Source of the DNA: an uncultured Gammaproteobacteria bacterium
GTDB taxonomy: Bacteria; Patescibacteriota; Patescibacteriia; Magasanikbacterales; GWA2-37-8
NCBI GenBank assembly: GCA_964535515.1
Contig: CAZHTA010000005.1
Span: forward strand, 13 to 64,012
DNA length: 64,000 nt
Reading direction: 5' to 3'
Made by a program: the position numbers and the translations under genes. The first letter of the stretch is position 1. Each line of letters starts with the position of its first letter. The notes beneath the pieces were generated by a model, which worked only from the letters and a program-made list of their open reading frames with translations, did not search any database and had not been told where the DNA came from. Shown one piece after another: positions 46,438-55,493 of this stretch.

Positions 46438-47770
46438 CAATATGGACCACGAAGCTTGGGTAGTTGCAGTGGATATGGGTTACGGCCATCAGCGCGCCGC
46501 TTACCCTTTGCGCCATTTGTCTCCTACTGGTAAAGTAATTATTGCTAATAATTACGAAGGTATCCCTAAAAGCGATCGTTTGGTTTGGAAAAAGTCACAA
46601 GATTTTTATGAGTTTTTTTCTCGTACCAAAACTTGGCCAATAATTGGCAATTGGATGTTCAAGACTTTTATTGATAATCCACAACGTATTAGTAAGTTTT
46701 ACCCACGACGTGATTTATCTAAACCGAATTTTCAGTTGAGCTACAATTATCGTTTGATTAAAGCTGGATGGGGGAAGGATTTAATTAATTTTTTTAATAA
46801 AAAAGACATCCCTCTCATCACCACTTTCTTTGCGGTTGCTTTTTTTGCAGCAGAACACAAGTTTAAAAATGAGATTTACTGTGTTGTTTGTGATAGCGAT
46901 TGTAGTCGTACTTGGGCGCCACTTAACCCTTCTAAGAGCCGAATAAAATATCTTGCGCCTTGTCGTCGGGTAGTGGAACGGTTAAAACTTTATGGTGTAC
47001 CAGAAAAGAATATATTTTTGACTGGTTTTCCTTTGCCTGAAGAAAATTTAGGGGGCAAGAGTTTGGGTATTTTAAAAGCTGATTTAGCAGAGCGCATCGT
47101 TAATCTTGACCCTGATCGCCACTATCGTCAGAAGTATATGGGTACAGTAAAACAGTTTTTGCAGGGAGTAAAAGAAGATGAGCGCCACGTGCATCCTTTA
47201 ACTTTAACGTTTGCAGTAGGTGGAGCGGGTGCGCAGCGTAATTTGGCTTTAACAATCTTAGGAAGTTTAAAGGAAAAGATATTAAACCATGAGATTAATT
47301 TGAATTTAGTTGCTGGTTCTAGAAATGATGTATATTTATACTTCAAACATCAGGCGGAAAAAATGGGGTTAGACAAGAATTTAGGGGATAATCTGAATAT
47401 TATTTTTGCTGTTGATAAGGAAGATTATTTTGCTATGTTTAATGAAGTTTTGCGTACTACTGATATTTTGTGGACAAAACCAAGTGAGTTGGTGTTTTAT
47501 ACCGCTTTAGGATTGCCGGTTATTATCGCTCCACCTTTGGGTTCACAAGAGGATTTTAACAAGATTTGGCTTAAGACAATTGGGGCTGGTATTTCTCAGG
47601 GCGACCAAAATTATGCGAACGAGTGGTTATTTGATTGGATAAAGAGTGGCTGGTTGGCGGAAGCAGCGATGGCTGGGTTTTTGGATGGTCGTCAATTTGG
47701 TGTGCAAAATATGGTTGATGTAGTTTTCCATGGCGTTACTGAACCAGCTAAGGATTATCAGTTGTTATAG
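46409..47770 (+). CDS. putative GT-B glycosyltransferase (MGDG synthase/UgtP-like N-terminal motif)
   Basis: N-terminal DMGYGHQRAAYPL resembles Gly-rich MGDG-synthase/GT28 N-domain motif; 453 aa; low certainty. Confidence 0.4.
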   Translation: MLITKELKNNNMDHEAWVVAVDMGYGHQRAAYPLRHLSPTGKVIIANNYEGIPKSDRLVWKKSQDFYEFFSRTKTWPIIGNWMFKTFIDNPQRISKFYPRRDLSKPNFQLSYNYRLIKAGWGKDLINFFNKKDIPLITTFFAVAFFAAEHKFKNEIYCVVCDSDCSRTWAPLNPSKSRIKYLAPCRRVVERLKLYGVPEKNIFLTGFPLPEENLGGKSLGILKADLAERIVNLDPDRHYRQKYMGTVKQFLQGVKEDERHVHPLTLTFAVGGAGAQRNLALTILGSLKEKILNHEINLNLVAGSRNDVYLYFKHQAEKMGLDKNLGDNLNIIFAVDKEDYFAMFNEVLRTTDILWTKPSELVFYTALGLPVIIAPPLGSQEDFNKIWLKTIGAGISQGDQNYANEWLFDWIKSGWLAEAAMAGFLDGRQFGVQNMVDVVFHGVTEPAKDYQLL

Positions 47771-47796
47771 GGAATGTTTATTGTGTTGTATTAAAT

Positions 47797-47825
47797 CAAA
47801 ATACCGGTTTCAGCCGGTATTTTGA
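47797..47825 (+). terminator. Rho-independent terminator
   Basis: aaataccgg-tttcag-ccggtattt + tgatttgg. Confidence 0.6.
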
Positions 47826-47930
47826 TTTGGAGAAATATATTTTTTGGTATGTTGTGATACAAGATATTTTTTCTTTACGTATTTTGTGGTATAATTATAT
47901 TAGTTACTTTTTGTTTCAAACAATCAAACT

Positions 47931-49610
47931 ATGGACAATATCTTTTTACAGATGACAGCGTTGCTCGGGATCACCGTCGGCGTGTCTTTTTTGATTCGTT
48001 TGTTACGCCAACCGTTAATTATTGCCTATATTATTACGGGGATTGCTTGCGGGCCACTTTTCCTTAATCTTTTGCGTGGGCAGGAGGCAACATACAATAT
48101 TTTTGCTCAATTTGGTGTTGTTTTGCTTTTGTTTATTATTGGTTTGAACTTGAATGTTCACCATTTAAAACATATTGGGAAAATTTCTGTGATAGCTGGC
48201 TTTGCTCAGTTTTTCTTTACAGCAATAATTGGGACACTTCTTTTATTAACATTTAAATTGAGTCTGGTAACGGCATTGTTTTTGGCAGTAGCGATTACTT
48301 TTTCAAGTACGATCATTATAATGCGTCTGTTGACTGACAAGAAGGACACGGAGACTATTTATGGCAAACACACGGTTGGTTTGCTCCTGGTTCAGGATAT
48401 TATTGCTATTTTGATTATGATTTTCTTGGGCGTACTAAAGAGTGGCGGTAACGATCAATTAACTTATACTTTAGTTATTTTATTTGTTAAAGGGGTTTTT
48501 GCGGTAATAGCAGTTGTTGTTTTGTCAAAATACTTGTTGCCAACTATTTTAGAGAAAGTTTCTGGTTCAAGTGAATTATTATTTATTTTTACAATTGCTT
48601 GGTGTTTTGGTCTGTCGAGCTTGTTATTCTTACTTGGTTTTTCTTTGGAGATTGGGGCAATTGCCGCTGGTTTATCGCTTAGTACTTCTCCATATCAACC
48701 GCAAATTATCAGTCGTCTTAAGCCGTTGCGGGATTTCTTTTTAGTTTTATTTTTTATCGTACTTGGAAGTACGATGAGCGTTTCTTCTTTTTCATCAATT
48801 TGGTTACCGGGCATTATTTTGTCTTTATTTATTTTAATCGGTAATCCGCTTATCTTGTATTTTGTATTTCGGAGCCTTAGCTTTACCAGAAGAAACAGTT
48901 TTTTGATTGGTTTAGCGGCCGCTCAAGTTAGTGAATTTGGTTTTATTATACTTTTTACTGGTGAACAAACCGGACACGTAGTTGGTCAAGAAGTGGCAAT
49001 TTTTACCTTTGTTGCCTTGGTAACAATATTTTTCTCTTCATATTTGATAATTTACAATGAGAGGATTTATCAGTGGATGTTGCCTTGGTTTAAACTATTT
49101 GGGCCAGATAAATATTTAGATAAACGCCACAAACATTTGCCACTTTATGATGTTTGGGTAATTGGGTATCATCGTATTGGTTATAGTATTTGTGAGGCGC
49201 TTTTGGCAATTAAAGCCAAGTTTGTGGTAATTGACTTTGATCCAGCGGCGATTAAAAAAATACATACAAAAAATATTCCTGCCATTTTTGGTGATGTAGC
49301 AGATATTGAATTTTTAGAAGATTTGAAATTTAAAAATACTAAATTGGTTGTTATGACTATTCCGGCAGCCGATGATCAGGTTAATATGATAAAGCATTTG
49401 TCGGCTATTAAAAGCGATGCGATAATTATTGCTAATGCGTACCACCGAGTTGATGCAGAATTGTTATATCGTGCTGGTGCACATTATGTTTTGATGCCAT
49501 ATATTTTAGGTGGTGATTGGGCGGCTAATATATTAAAAGGACAAAAATGGACTAAAAAGAATTTTGAGAAATTGAAGGTAGAGCAGAAAAAGATATTGAG
49601 TTTAAAGTAA
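47931..49610 (+). CDS. Kef-type (CPA2) cation:proton antiporter with C-terminal RCK/TrkA-N domain
   Basis: About 12 TM N-terminal domain, C-terminal Rossmann VIGYHRIGYSI; 559 aa. Confidence 0.8.
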   Translation: MDNIFLQMTALLGITVGVSFLIRLLRQPLIIAYIITGIACGPLFLNLLRGQEATYNIFAQFGVVLLLFIIGLNLNVHHLKHIGKISVIAGFAQFFFTAIIGTLLLLTFKLSLVTALFLAVAITFSSTIIIMRLLTDKKDTETIYGKHTVGLLLVQDIIAILIMIFLGVLKSGGNDQLTYTLVILFVKGVFAVIAVVVLSKYLLPTILEKVSGSSELLFIFTIAWCFGLSSLLFLLGFSLEIGAIAAGLSLSTSPYQPQIISRLKPLRDFFLVLFFIVLGSTMSVSSFSSIWLPGIILSLFILIGNPLILYFVFRSLSFTRRNSFLIGLAAAQVSEFGFIILFTGEQTGHVVGQEVAIFTFVALVTIFFSSYLIIYNERIYQWMLPWFKLFGPDKYLDKRHKHLPLYDVWVIGYHRIGYSICEALLAIKAKFVVIDFDPAAIKKIHTKNIPAIFGDVADIEFLEDLKFKNTKLVVMTIPAADDQVNMIKHLSAIKSDAIIIANAYHRVDAELLYRAGAHYVLMPYILGGDWAANILKGQKWTKKNFEKLKVEQKKILSLK

Positions 49611-49622
49611 ATTGTAGATATT

Positions 49623-49653
49623 AAAAAATTCCGATTAAAATCGGAATTTTTTT
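49623..49653. terminator. bidirectional terminator between convergent genes
   Basis: aaaaattccgatt-aaa-atcggaattttt flanked by A and T runs. Confidence 0.7.
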
Positions 49654-49663
49654 GTATTTGCGT

Positions 49664-50107
49664 TTATTGTAAATTAGCTACAAAGTAAGGGGTCAAATAT
49701 TGTTTTTTGTCAGGGCTATGTTTAAGATTAAATATTTGAGTACCATCTTTGCCGCAATTGCGTATTATTTTTTCTGGACCACCTGGGTGTTGTGGAATGT
49801 ATGATGTGACATTGTATATTTTTCCGTCAATTACCATCCAGCAATCATTAGCGTTATTATGTTTGCTTACTTCAGCCAAGTTGTACACCACAGTATTTTG
49901 TTTTGGTGCTGCGGTAGGTGTTGGTGCAACGATGGTTGGAGGAGGAGTGTTCGATGGCGCAACATTTTGTGTAGTAGTTGTGCTTTCTGTTGGAACAACT
50001 ACTTTGGTGGGTGTTTGAGCTATTTGTTGAGTTGTTGTGCCGCAGCCACTTAAGAATATGGTTGTAAATGCAATTAAGGTAAGTATTTTAAAATGAGAAT
50101 TTTTCAT
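49664..50107 (-). CDS. cytochrome b5-like heme-binding domain lipoprotein
   Basis: Lipobox LSGCG, Thr/Pro-rich linker, C-terminal b5 motif HPGG; 147 aa. Confidence 0.7.
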   Translation of the reverse strand: MKNSHFKILTLIAFTTIFLSGCGTTTQQIAQTPTKVVVPTESTTTTQNVAPSNTPPPTIVAPTPTAAPKQNTVVYNLAEVSKHNNANDCWMVIDGKIYNVTSYIPQHPGGPEKIIRNCGKDGTQIFNLKHSPDKKQYLTPYFVANLQ

Positions 50108-51422
50108 AATATATATTTGATTTATTAATTCCTAGACTAATTAATTGTTTTTTTAGAGACATCATCATTCCTGATGGCCCGCAGATGTATGCTTCGCGCG
50201 AACCAATATCAGGTACGAGGCAAGAAATACAGACTTCATTTATTAATTTGAATTTACTGTCGCTTTCTTCTTCGCTGGTGATATAGTGTACTTTTAAATT
50301 GTTGGAATATTTTTTTGCTAAGTCTTCCAGCTCTTGTTTGAAGATAATCTGGTTGGTTCTGCGAGCGCTATATAATAGTACCAAATTTTTATTGTTTTTT
50401 GCAAGTTGTTCAATTAAAGCGCGTATTGGTGTTATCCCCACACCGCCAGCAATCAGGAGGATTTTGTCTTTTTGTTTTTCTTTTTCGGTAAATATTCCAT
50501 TAGGTCCGTCGATTATTACTTTTGTTCCTATTGAGATGTCTTTTAATGTCGCACTGGAGTCGCCGAGATTTTTAACCGTTATTCTTAGATATTCTTTTCC
50601 TGGTATATCAGAAAAAGAATAAGGGTGGGATTCTGGCCAGATTTTTTTGTTTAGGAAGCGGAAGATGCCAAATTGTCCAGCCTTGTAAGAGAATTCGTTT
50701 ATTTTGTTTCCTTTAATATATATTGATGTTGTATCGATAGTTTCGGTAACTATTTTATCGACATAAAATTGATGTTTTTTGAAGAGGTAAATTTGCCAAA
50801 AGAATCGATAGAAAACAAAGTTAATACCAGTGAACACATAGAGTAAAATCCAATAGGCAGCAAAAAGGTGGTTAGTGTTTAAATCAAAGCCAGATTCTAG
50901 TTGATGGCTGTAAGCTAATAAAATTGCTAAGTATGAAATCAGGTGAACATAATACCAGTTCTCATATTTCATTCTTTTCTTTACCAAAGTGATTGACCCG
51001 ATGATTGTTATAATAAACAATATCAAAGAAATTGTAGCAGGTAAGAGCTCTTCCCAGTTAGTAAGGAAATCCCAAAATTGTCCAATCCAGCTTAATTCAT
51101 ATATCTGGGCATAGCCAGCAAGGAGTAGTAGGAAATGCAAAACGATTAGTAAAAAAGCTCCTATGCCTAGCCAGTGGTGGGCTAAAGATAGCCTATCAAG
51201 CCCAAATATTTTTTCAATCCACTTTACTCGGCCAATTACTAATAGTTGGACTAAGATAAAATATACAGCCAACAAACCGGCGATTCTACCAAAAACAATT
51301 AAGACGGTCGATGGGCTAGGACTGTTTAATAATGATTTTCCCGAGATTGCCCACCAGAAAGAAACAATAATTAGCAAGTTTACTGAAAACAAAATATAGA
51401 GTAATGATTTTTTCATAGCCAT
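50088..51422 (-). CDS. ferric-reductase-like transmembrane oxidoreductase with FAD/NAD(P)-binding domain
   Basis: Six-TM ferric reductase domain with paired His, HPYSF FAD motif, GGVGITP NAD motif; 444 aa. Confidence 0.7.
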   Translation of the reverse strand: MAMKKSLLYILFSVNLLIIVSFWWAISGKSLLNSPSPSTVLIVFGRIAGLLAVYFILVQLLVIGRVKWIEKIFGLDRLSLAHHWLGIGAFLLIVLHFLLLLAGYAQIYELSWIGQFWDFLTNWEELLPATISLILFIITIIGSITLVKKRMKYENWYYVHLISYLAILLAYSHQLESGFDLNTNHLFAAYWILLYVFTGINFVFYRFFWQIYLFKKHQFYVDKIVTETIDTTSIYIKGNKINEFSYKAGQFGIFRFLNKKIWPESHPYSFSDIPGKEYLRITVKNLGDSSATLKDISIGTKVIIDGPNGIFTEKEKQKDKILLIAGGVGITPIRALIEQLAKNNKNLVLLYSARRTNQIIFKQELEDLAKKYSNNLKVHYITSEEESDSKFKLINEVCISCLVPDIGSREAYICGPSGMMMSLKKQLISLGINKSNIYYEKFSF

Positions 51423-51425
51423 TTT

Positions 51426-51875
51426 CTAGAAGCCGCGTTCGTTTTTAATTTTCTTTAAAATATTGAGCGGGCTTTCTTTGCAGAAGTTTCCAATGTAGGT
51501 TTTAACTAAGTTTTTCTTTAGAACAGCGGGTAGGGCTTTTTCTAGTTCTTTAATAATGGTATCTGGTGCGAACAAATAAACAAGATCAATTTTTTGTTCA
51601 GTTGATAATCTTTTTGTTTCTTCTTTAAAACTTTTAACAAAGTCTCGTCGTGCTGCCTTTTTTATTTTTTCAGTTATGGCACCGGTTTCAAAAGCCACTG
51701 AACCACGACGAGAAGAGTCTTCGCGATCAGAAAATTTAGTTTTTTCTAATTTAAAATGGAAGACGCCGCTGATCATGCTGTTTTGGGCAAGGAAGAAGTC
51801 GGCTTCTTCTGTGCCAGTTACCAAAATTAATCCAGTTTTGTTTTTGAACTGTATTAGCGTAGATGGTATTTTCAT
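51426..51875 (-). CDS. hypothetical protein, first gene of ferric-reductase operon
   Basis: 149 aa; 3-nt gap to next gene. Confidence 0.45.
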   Translation of the reverse strand: MKIPSTLIQFKNKTGLILVTGTEEADFFLAQNSMISGVFHFKLEKTKFSDREDSSRRGSVAFETGAITEKIKKAARRDFVKSFKEETKRLSTEQKIDLVYLFAPDTIIKELEKALPAVLKKNLVKTYIGNFCKESPLNILKKIKNERGF

Positions 51876-51985
51876 ATTTAATTAAATATTAAATTATGTT
51901 TTAGGTTGTGTTTTTTGGTCAAAACACATATAATTAGTATACCAGAATTGATTTAAATTAGCTACTGGTTTTTAAAGATGATTTT

Positions 51986-52483
51986 ATGCGTACTGCCAAT
52001 CGAAAACCCGGGAAATTTAGCATTCTTAAGCCAGACCCAGTTTTAACTAAAGAAAAGTTTGGGGAGCTAGAAAGTAAATTAGAAAAATTGAAAAAGGCTA
52101 AACCAGGGGCAGCGGTTGAAGTCGCCCGTTTAGCTGAATTGGGTGATTTTTCGGAAAATGTTGAATATCAGATGGCTAAAGGTAAACTACGAGGAATTAA
52201 CAATGCTATTTTAAATTTAGAAAACCAACTGCACGAAGCGGTGGTGGTTAAAGAACATAAACCGTCTGGGGTTGTACAAATTGGTAGTACTGTGACCGTC
52301 GCTCGGGGCGGGGAAGAAAAAGTATATAAAATCTTAGGATCAGTTGAATCTGACCCTAATAAAGGGGTGATTTCTTACAATTCTCCGATCGGTGAGGCTT
52401 TAATGGGATGTGAGGCAGGGGAGAAAGTACTAGTAAAATTAGCAGATCGAGAAGTTGAGTATATGGTGGTAAAGATAGAGTAA
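51986..52483 (+). CDS. greA: transcription elongation factor GreA
   Basis: N-terminal coiled-coil with acidic tip region, C-terminal FKBP-like domain; 165 aa. Confidence 0.8.
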   Translation: MRTANRKPGKFSILKPDPVLTKEKFGELESKLEKLKKAKPGAAVEVARLAELGDFSENVEYQMAKGKLRGINNAILNLENQLHEAVVVKEHKPSGVVQIGSTVTVARGGEEKVYKILGSVESDPNKGVISYNSPIGEALMGCEAGEKVLVKLADREVEYMVVKIE

Positions 52484-52505
52484 TTCTTGTCTTTGTTATC
52501 ACGCA

Positions 52506-52534
52506 TTGACTTTTTATTGTTTTTGTGGTATACT
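52506..52534 (+). promoter_or_regulatory. sigma70-like promoter TTGACT-17-TATACT with long 5' UTR for cspA
   Basis: ttgact(52506-11) 17 nt tatact(52529-34); about 85-nt leader. Confidence 0.55.
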
Positions 52535-52620
52535 AATTCTACAAAAATATCCTTGGAAACCTCGTCGACTTTCTTCAACGGATATATAAAATTTTGTAAT
52601 TATTTATTAGTTTTTCTCGT

Positions 52621-52821
52621 ATGAAAGGTACTATCAAAAGTATTATTGCTGAGAAGCATTTCGGCTTCATCACACCAGAAGATGGCTCAAAGGACGTTTT
52701 CTTCCACGAAAGCGGTCTTACAGAAGTTCAATTCTCTGAATTGAAATCTGGCGATGTTGTCAGCTTCGATGTAGAGCAATCTGAAAAGGGTCCTCGCGCT
52801 ATCAACGTTGTTCGCGCTTAA
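52621..52821 (+). CDS. cspA: cold-shock protein (CspA family)
   Basis: RNP1 KGFGFI-like (HFGFITPEDG) and RNP2 VFFHES motifs; 66 aa. Confidence 0.9.
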   Translation: MKGTIKSIIAEKHFGFITPEDGSKDVFFHESGLTEVQFSELKSGDVVSFDVEQSEKGPRAINVVRA

Positions 52822-52839
52822 GTCTTTTTCGAAAGCATT

Positions 52840-52879
52840 AACACCAGGCACTATTTTAGTGCCTGGTGTTTTGTTTTTT
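52840..52879 (+). terminator. Rho-independent terminator after cspA
   Basis: aacaccaggcac-tatttta-gtgcctggtgtt + ttgtttttt. Confidence 0.75.
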
Positions 52880-52966
52880 ATTGACAAAAGGCTAAAAATA
52901 TGAGATTATGTCGTTGTAGCGAACCTTTTTAAAGGCTCGCTATTCATATCAATTAAAGAAATAAGT

Positions 52967-54418
52967 ATGGCAGAAGACGTAATTTTACGTTTTGATAATG
53001 TAACATTTGAGTATGCTGATAAAAAACCGGTTTTAGACGAGGTTTTTTTTGGTGTACGTAAAGGTGCGAAGATAACCTTAATGGGGCAAAATGGCGCTGG
53101 GAAAAGTACAATATTTAAATTGATTAAACAAGAATTAAAGCCAACCAAAGGTAAGGTGTTTATTACTAACGAAGCTAGCATTGCCACCGCGTTACAAATG
53201 GTTGAAAAGCAAGACTTAAACTTAACGGTGGAGCAATATTTTGCTAAATCTTTCCATAGTGTTCCGGGCAATATTAAGAGTCAGATAAGCAAAGTAATGA
53301 ATGCGGTTAATTTAGCTGTACCAATTGATTTGAAAGTAGGGGATTTATCTGGCGGTCAACAAGCAAGACTTTTGCTCGCTTATGCCCTTATTCAGAATCC
53401 AGATATCTTGCTTTTGGATGAGCCTACAAACAACCTGGATAGGGATGGTATCGACCATTTGATACAGTTTTTAGTAATGTACGACAAAACAGTAATGGTG
53501 ATTTCCCACGATGCTGACTTCTTGAATTGTTTTACTGAAGGAGTGGTTTATCTTGATGTTTTTACTAAAAAAGTAGAAACATATGTTGGTGATTACTATT
53601 CTGTGGTAGAAGAAATTAAAAGCAGAATTGAAAGAGAGATAAAGAAGAATGCTCAGTTAGAAAAAGAAATTAAAGACAACAAAGAGAAGGTTAACTTTTT
53701 TGCTCACAAGGGTGGTAAGATGCGTAAATTAGCAAGTAAGTTAAAAGAAGAGGTGGAAGATTTGGAAGAAAATAAAGTGGATGTTCGTAGAGAAGACAAG
53801 ACTATTAGAGAATTTACTATTCCCGCTCAGGGTATTGTTGGTAATGTAGTGGTAATCAAATCGGTAAAAGTAATTAAGAATCATGAGTCAGAAACTAAAG
53901 ATGTAGATATATTATTAAGGCAAAGAGATCGTCTTTTAATCTCTGGACCGAATGGTATTGGTAAAAGCACGTTGTTGCGTTCTTTGATAAGCGGTACTAG
54001 TGAAGGTGCAACTATCTTAAAAGATACTCGTGTTGGCTATTATAGCCAGGATTTTGCCACTTTAGATTACAATCAAACAGTTTTTGATTCTTTAAAAAGT
54101 GTATTAACCGCAGAAACCGATATCCAAGAGATGCGCTCGGTGGCGGCTGGTTTTTTGATTACCGGTGAGTTAATGGGGTTAAATATTTCTCATTTATCCG
54201 AAGGTCAAAAAGGACTATTGTCTTTTGCTCGATTGGTATTGATGCGGCCGGGTCTTTTGGTGTTGGACGAGCCTACTAACCACATCAATTTTCGCCATAT
54301 TCCCGTTATTGCTAAGGCAATAAACGAATTTGATGGTGCTATCATCCTCATTAGTCATATGCCAGATTTTGTCAAAGAAATTGAGTTTAATAACGAACTT
54401 GACCTTGGGAAGCTCTAA
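52967..54418 (+). CDS. ABC-F family ATPase (two tandem ABC domains, no TM domain)
   Basis: Two Walker A (GQNGAGKST, GPNGIGKST), two signature motifs (LSGGQQARL, LSEGQKGLL), inter-domain linker; 483 aa. Confidence 0.75.
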   Translation: MAEDVILRFDNVTFEYADKKPVLDEVFFGVRKGAKITLMGQNGAGKSTIFKLIKQELKPTKGKVFITNEASIATALQMVEKQDLNLTVEQYFAKSFHSVPGNIKSQISKVMNAVNLAVPIDLKVGDLSGGQQARLLLAYALIQNPDILLLDEPTNNLDRDGIDHLIQFLVMYDKTVMVISHDADFLNCFTEGVVYLDVFTKKVETYVGDYYSVVEEIKSRIEREIKKNAQLEKEIKDNKEKVNFFAHKGGKMRKLASKLKEEVEDLEENKVDVRREDKTIREFTIPAQGIVGNVVVIKSVKVIKNHESETKDVDILLRQRDRLLISGPNGIGKSTLLRSLISGTSEGATILKDTRVGYYSQDFATLDYNQTVFDSLKSVLTAETDIQEMRSVAAGFLITGELMGLNISHLSEGQKGLLSFARLVLMRPGLLVLDEPTNHINFRHIPVIAKAINEFDGAIILISHMPDFVKEIEFNNELDLGKL

Positions 54419-54498
54419 AAGCAGCCTGGCTATTGATTTTTATTAAGATTTGTGCTAAACTAATGGAAATTACATTTTAAGTAATTCAAATATATCGT

Positions 54499-55155
54499 AT
54501 GGGTAATTATAATCGAGACAACGGAAGATCTAGTGGCGGCGGTGGACGCGGTGGTTTTGGTGGTCCAAGTAGATCATTTGGCGGTGGTGGACGGTCATTT
54601 GGCGGTGGTGGTAGATCGTTCGGTGGTGGTAGAGATGGTGGTAAGCCAGCTATGCACAAAGCTACTTGTAGTGAATGTGGTTCTAGTTGTGAGCTTCCTT
54701 TCAAGCCTACCGGCGACAGACCTGTTTTTTGCAGCACATGTTTTGGTAAGCAGCAAGACGGTGGTGGCAGCGCTAGACCATCTAGTTTTGGTGGTGAAAG
54801 ACGCGAAAGACCTCGTTTTGAAGACAAACAAATGCATGATGCTACTTGTGGCAAATGTGGTAAAGAATGCCAAGTACCTTTTAGACCAATGGCTGGTAAA
54901 TCAGTTTTTTGTAATGATTGTTTTGAAAAGGGTGGAAGTAAAGATTCTGGTGAAGTCATGGAACAATTAAAAGCTTTACATGTTAAAGTTGACAAGTTGA
55001 TGGCTTTTTTAAATCCAAAGGCTCCAGTAGAAAAAGCTGAGAAGGTAGAGGTGAAAAAAGAAGTAGCTGTTAAAAAAGAGGTTGTAAAGGAAAAGAAAGA
55101 AAAAGTAAAAGCAAAAGCTGCTCCAAAAAAAGTAGCAGCTAAGAAGAAGAAATAA
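54499..55155 (+). CDS. Gly/Arg-rich protein with two CxxC-x16-17-CxxC zinc-ribbon repeats and Lys-rich C-terminus
   Basis: GGGRSFGGGG repeats; CSECGSSC...FCSTCF and CGKCGKEC...FCNDCF; KKEVAVKKEVVKEKKEK tail; 218 aa. Confidence 0.55.
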   Translation: MGNYNRDNGRSSGGGGRGGFGGPSRSFGGGGRSFGGGGRSFGGGRDGGKPAMHKATCSECGSSCELPFKPTGDRPVFCSTCFGKQQDGGGSARPSSFGGERRERPRFEDKQMHDATCGKCGKECQVPFRPMAGKSVFCNDCFEKGGSKDSGEVMEQLKALHVKVDKLMAFLNPKAPVEKAEKVEVKKEVAVKKEVVKEKKEKVKAKAAPKKVAAKKKK

Positions 55156-55170
55156 AAAACAAAATTTTTT

Positions 55171-55245
55171 AAAACCCCGACTGTAAAAAGTTGGGGTTTT
55201 TGTTAAAAAAACACCCTCCACATAAGTGAGGGTGTTTGATTTTGT
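55171..55245 (+). terminator. two tandem terminator hairpins
   Basis: aaaacccc-gactgtaaaaagt-tggggtttt and acaccctc-cacataagt-gagggtgt + T-rich. Confidence 0.65.
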
Positions 55246-55493
55246 AGGTTTAAGCTTGTTCGCTTGTAGTATCTTCGGTCGGTGGAGTAGCAGGTTCGAC
55301 TGGAGCGTCACTAGGGGTTGGGGTAGCAGTAGTTTCTTCTCCGTCAAGATTGTTGAACACCATAGTGTACAATGTTAGTTAATAATCTGCCAACTAGTGG
55401 TAGCTAACATTGGCGATAGTTTAACAGAAAATGTTGCTTGTGTCAACGCTGAGCTTTTGTTTGTGTGATTAGAGTGTGCGATGTTTTGTTTTT

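Noticed and set aside
54507-54995. Alternative-frame ORFs (54507-54995 -, 54533-54970 +, 54595-54873 -) over the Gly-rich zinc-ribbon gene
   Set aside because: Produced by GGN/NNC codon periodicity. The plus frame at 54499 contains the paired CxxC motifs and a Lys-rich tail.
55253-55369. 38-aa acidic Thr/Pro-rich minus-strand ORF between tandem terminators and the MgtC-like gene
   Set aside because: No RBS, low-complexity composition, lies in a terminator/3' UTR region; likely non-coding.
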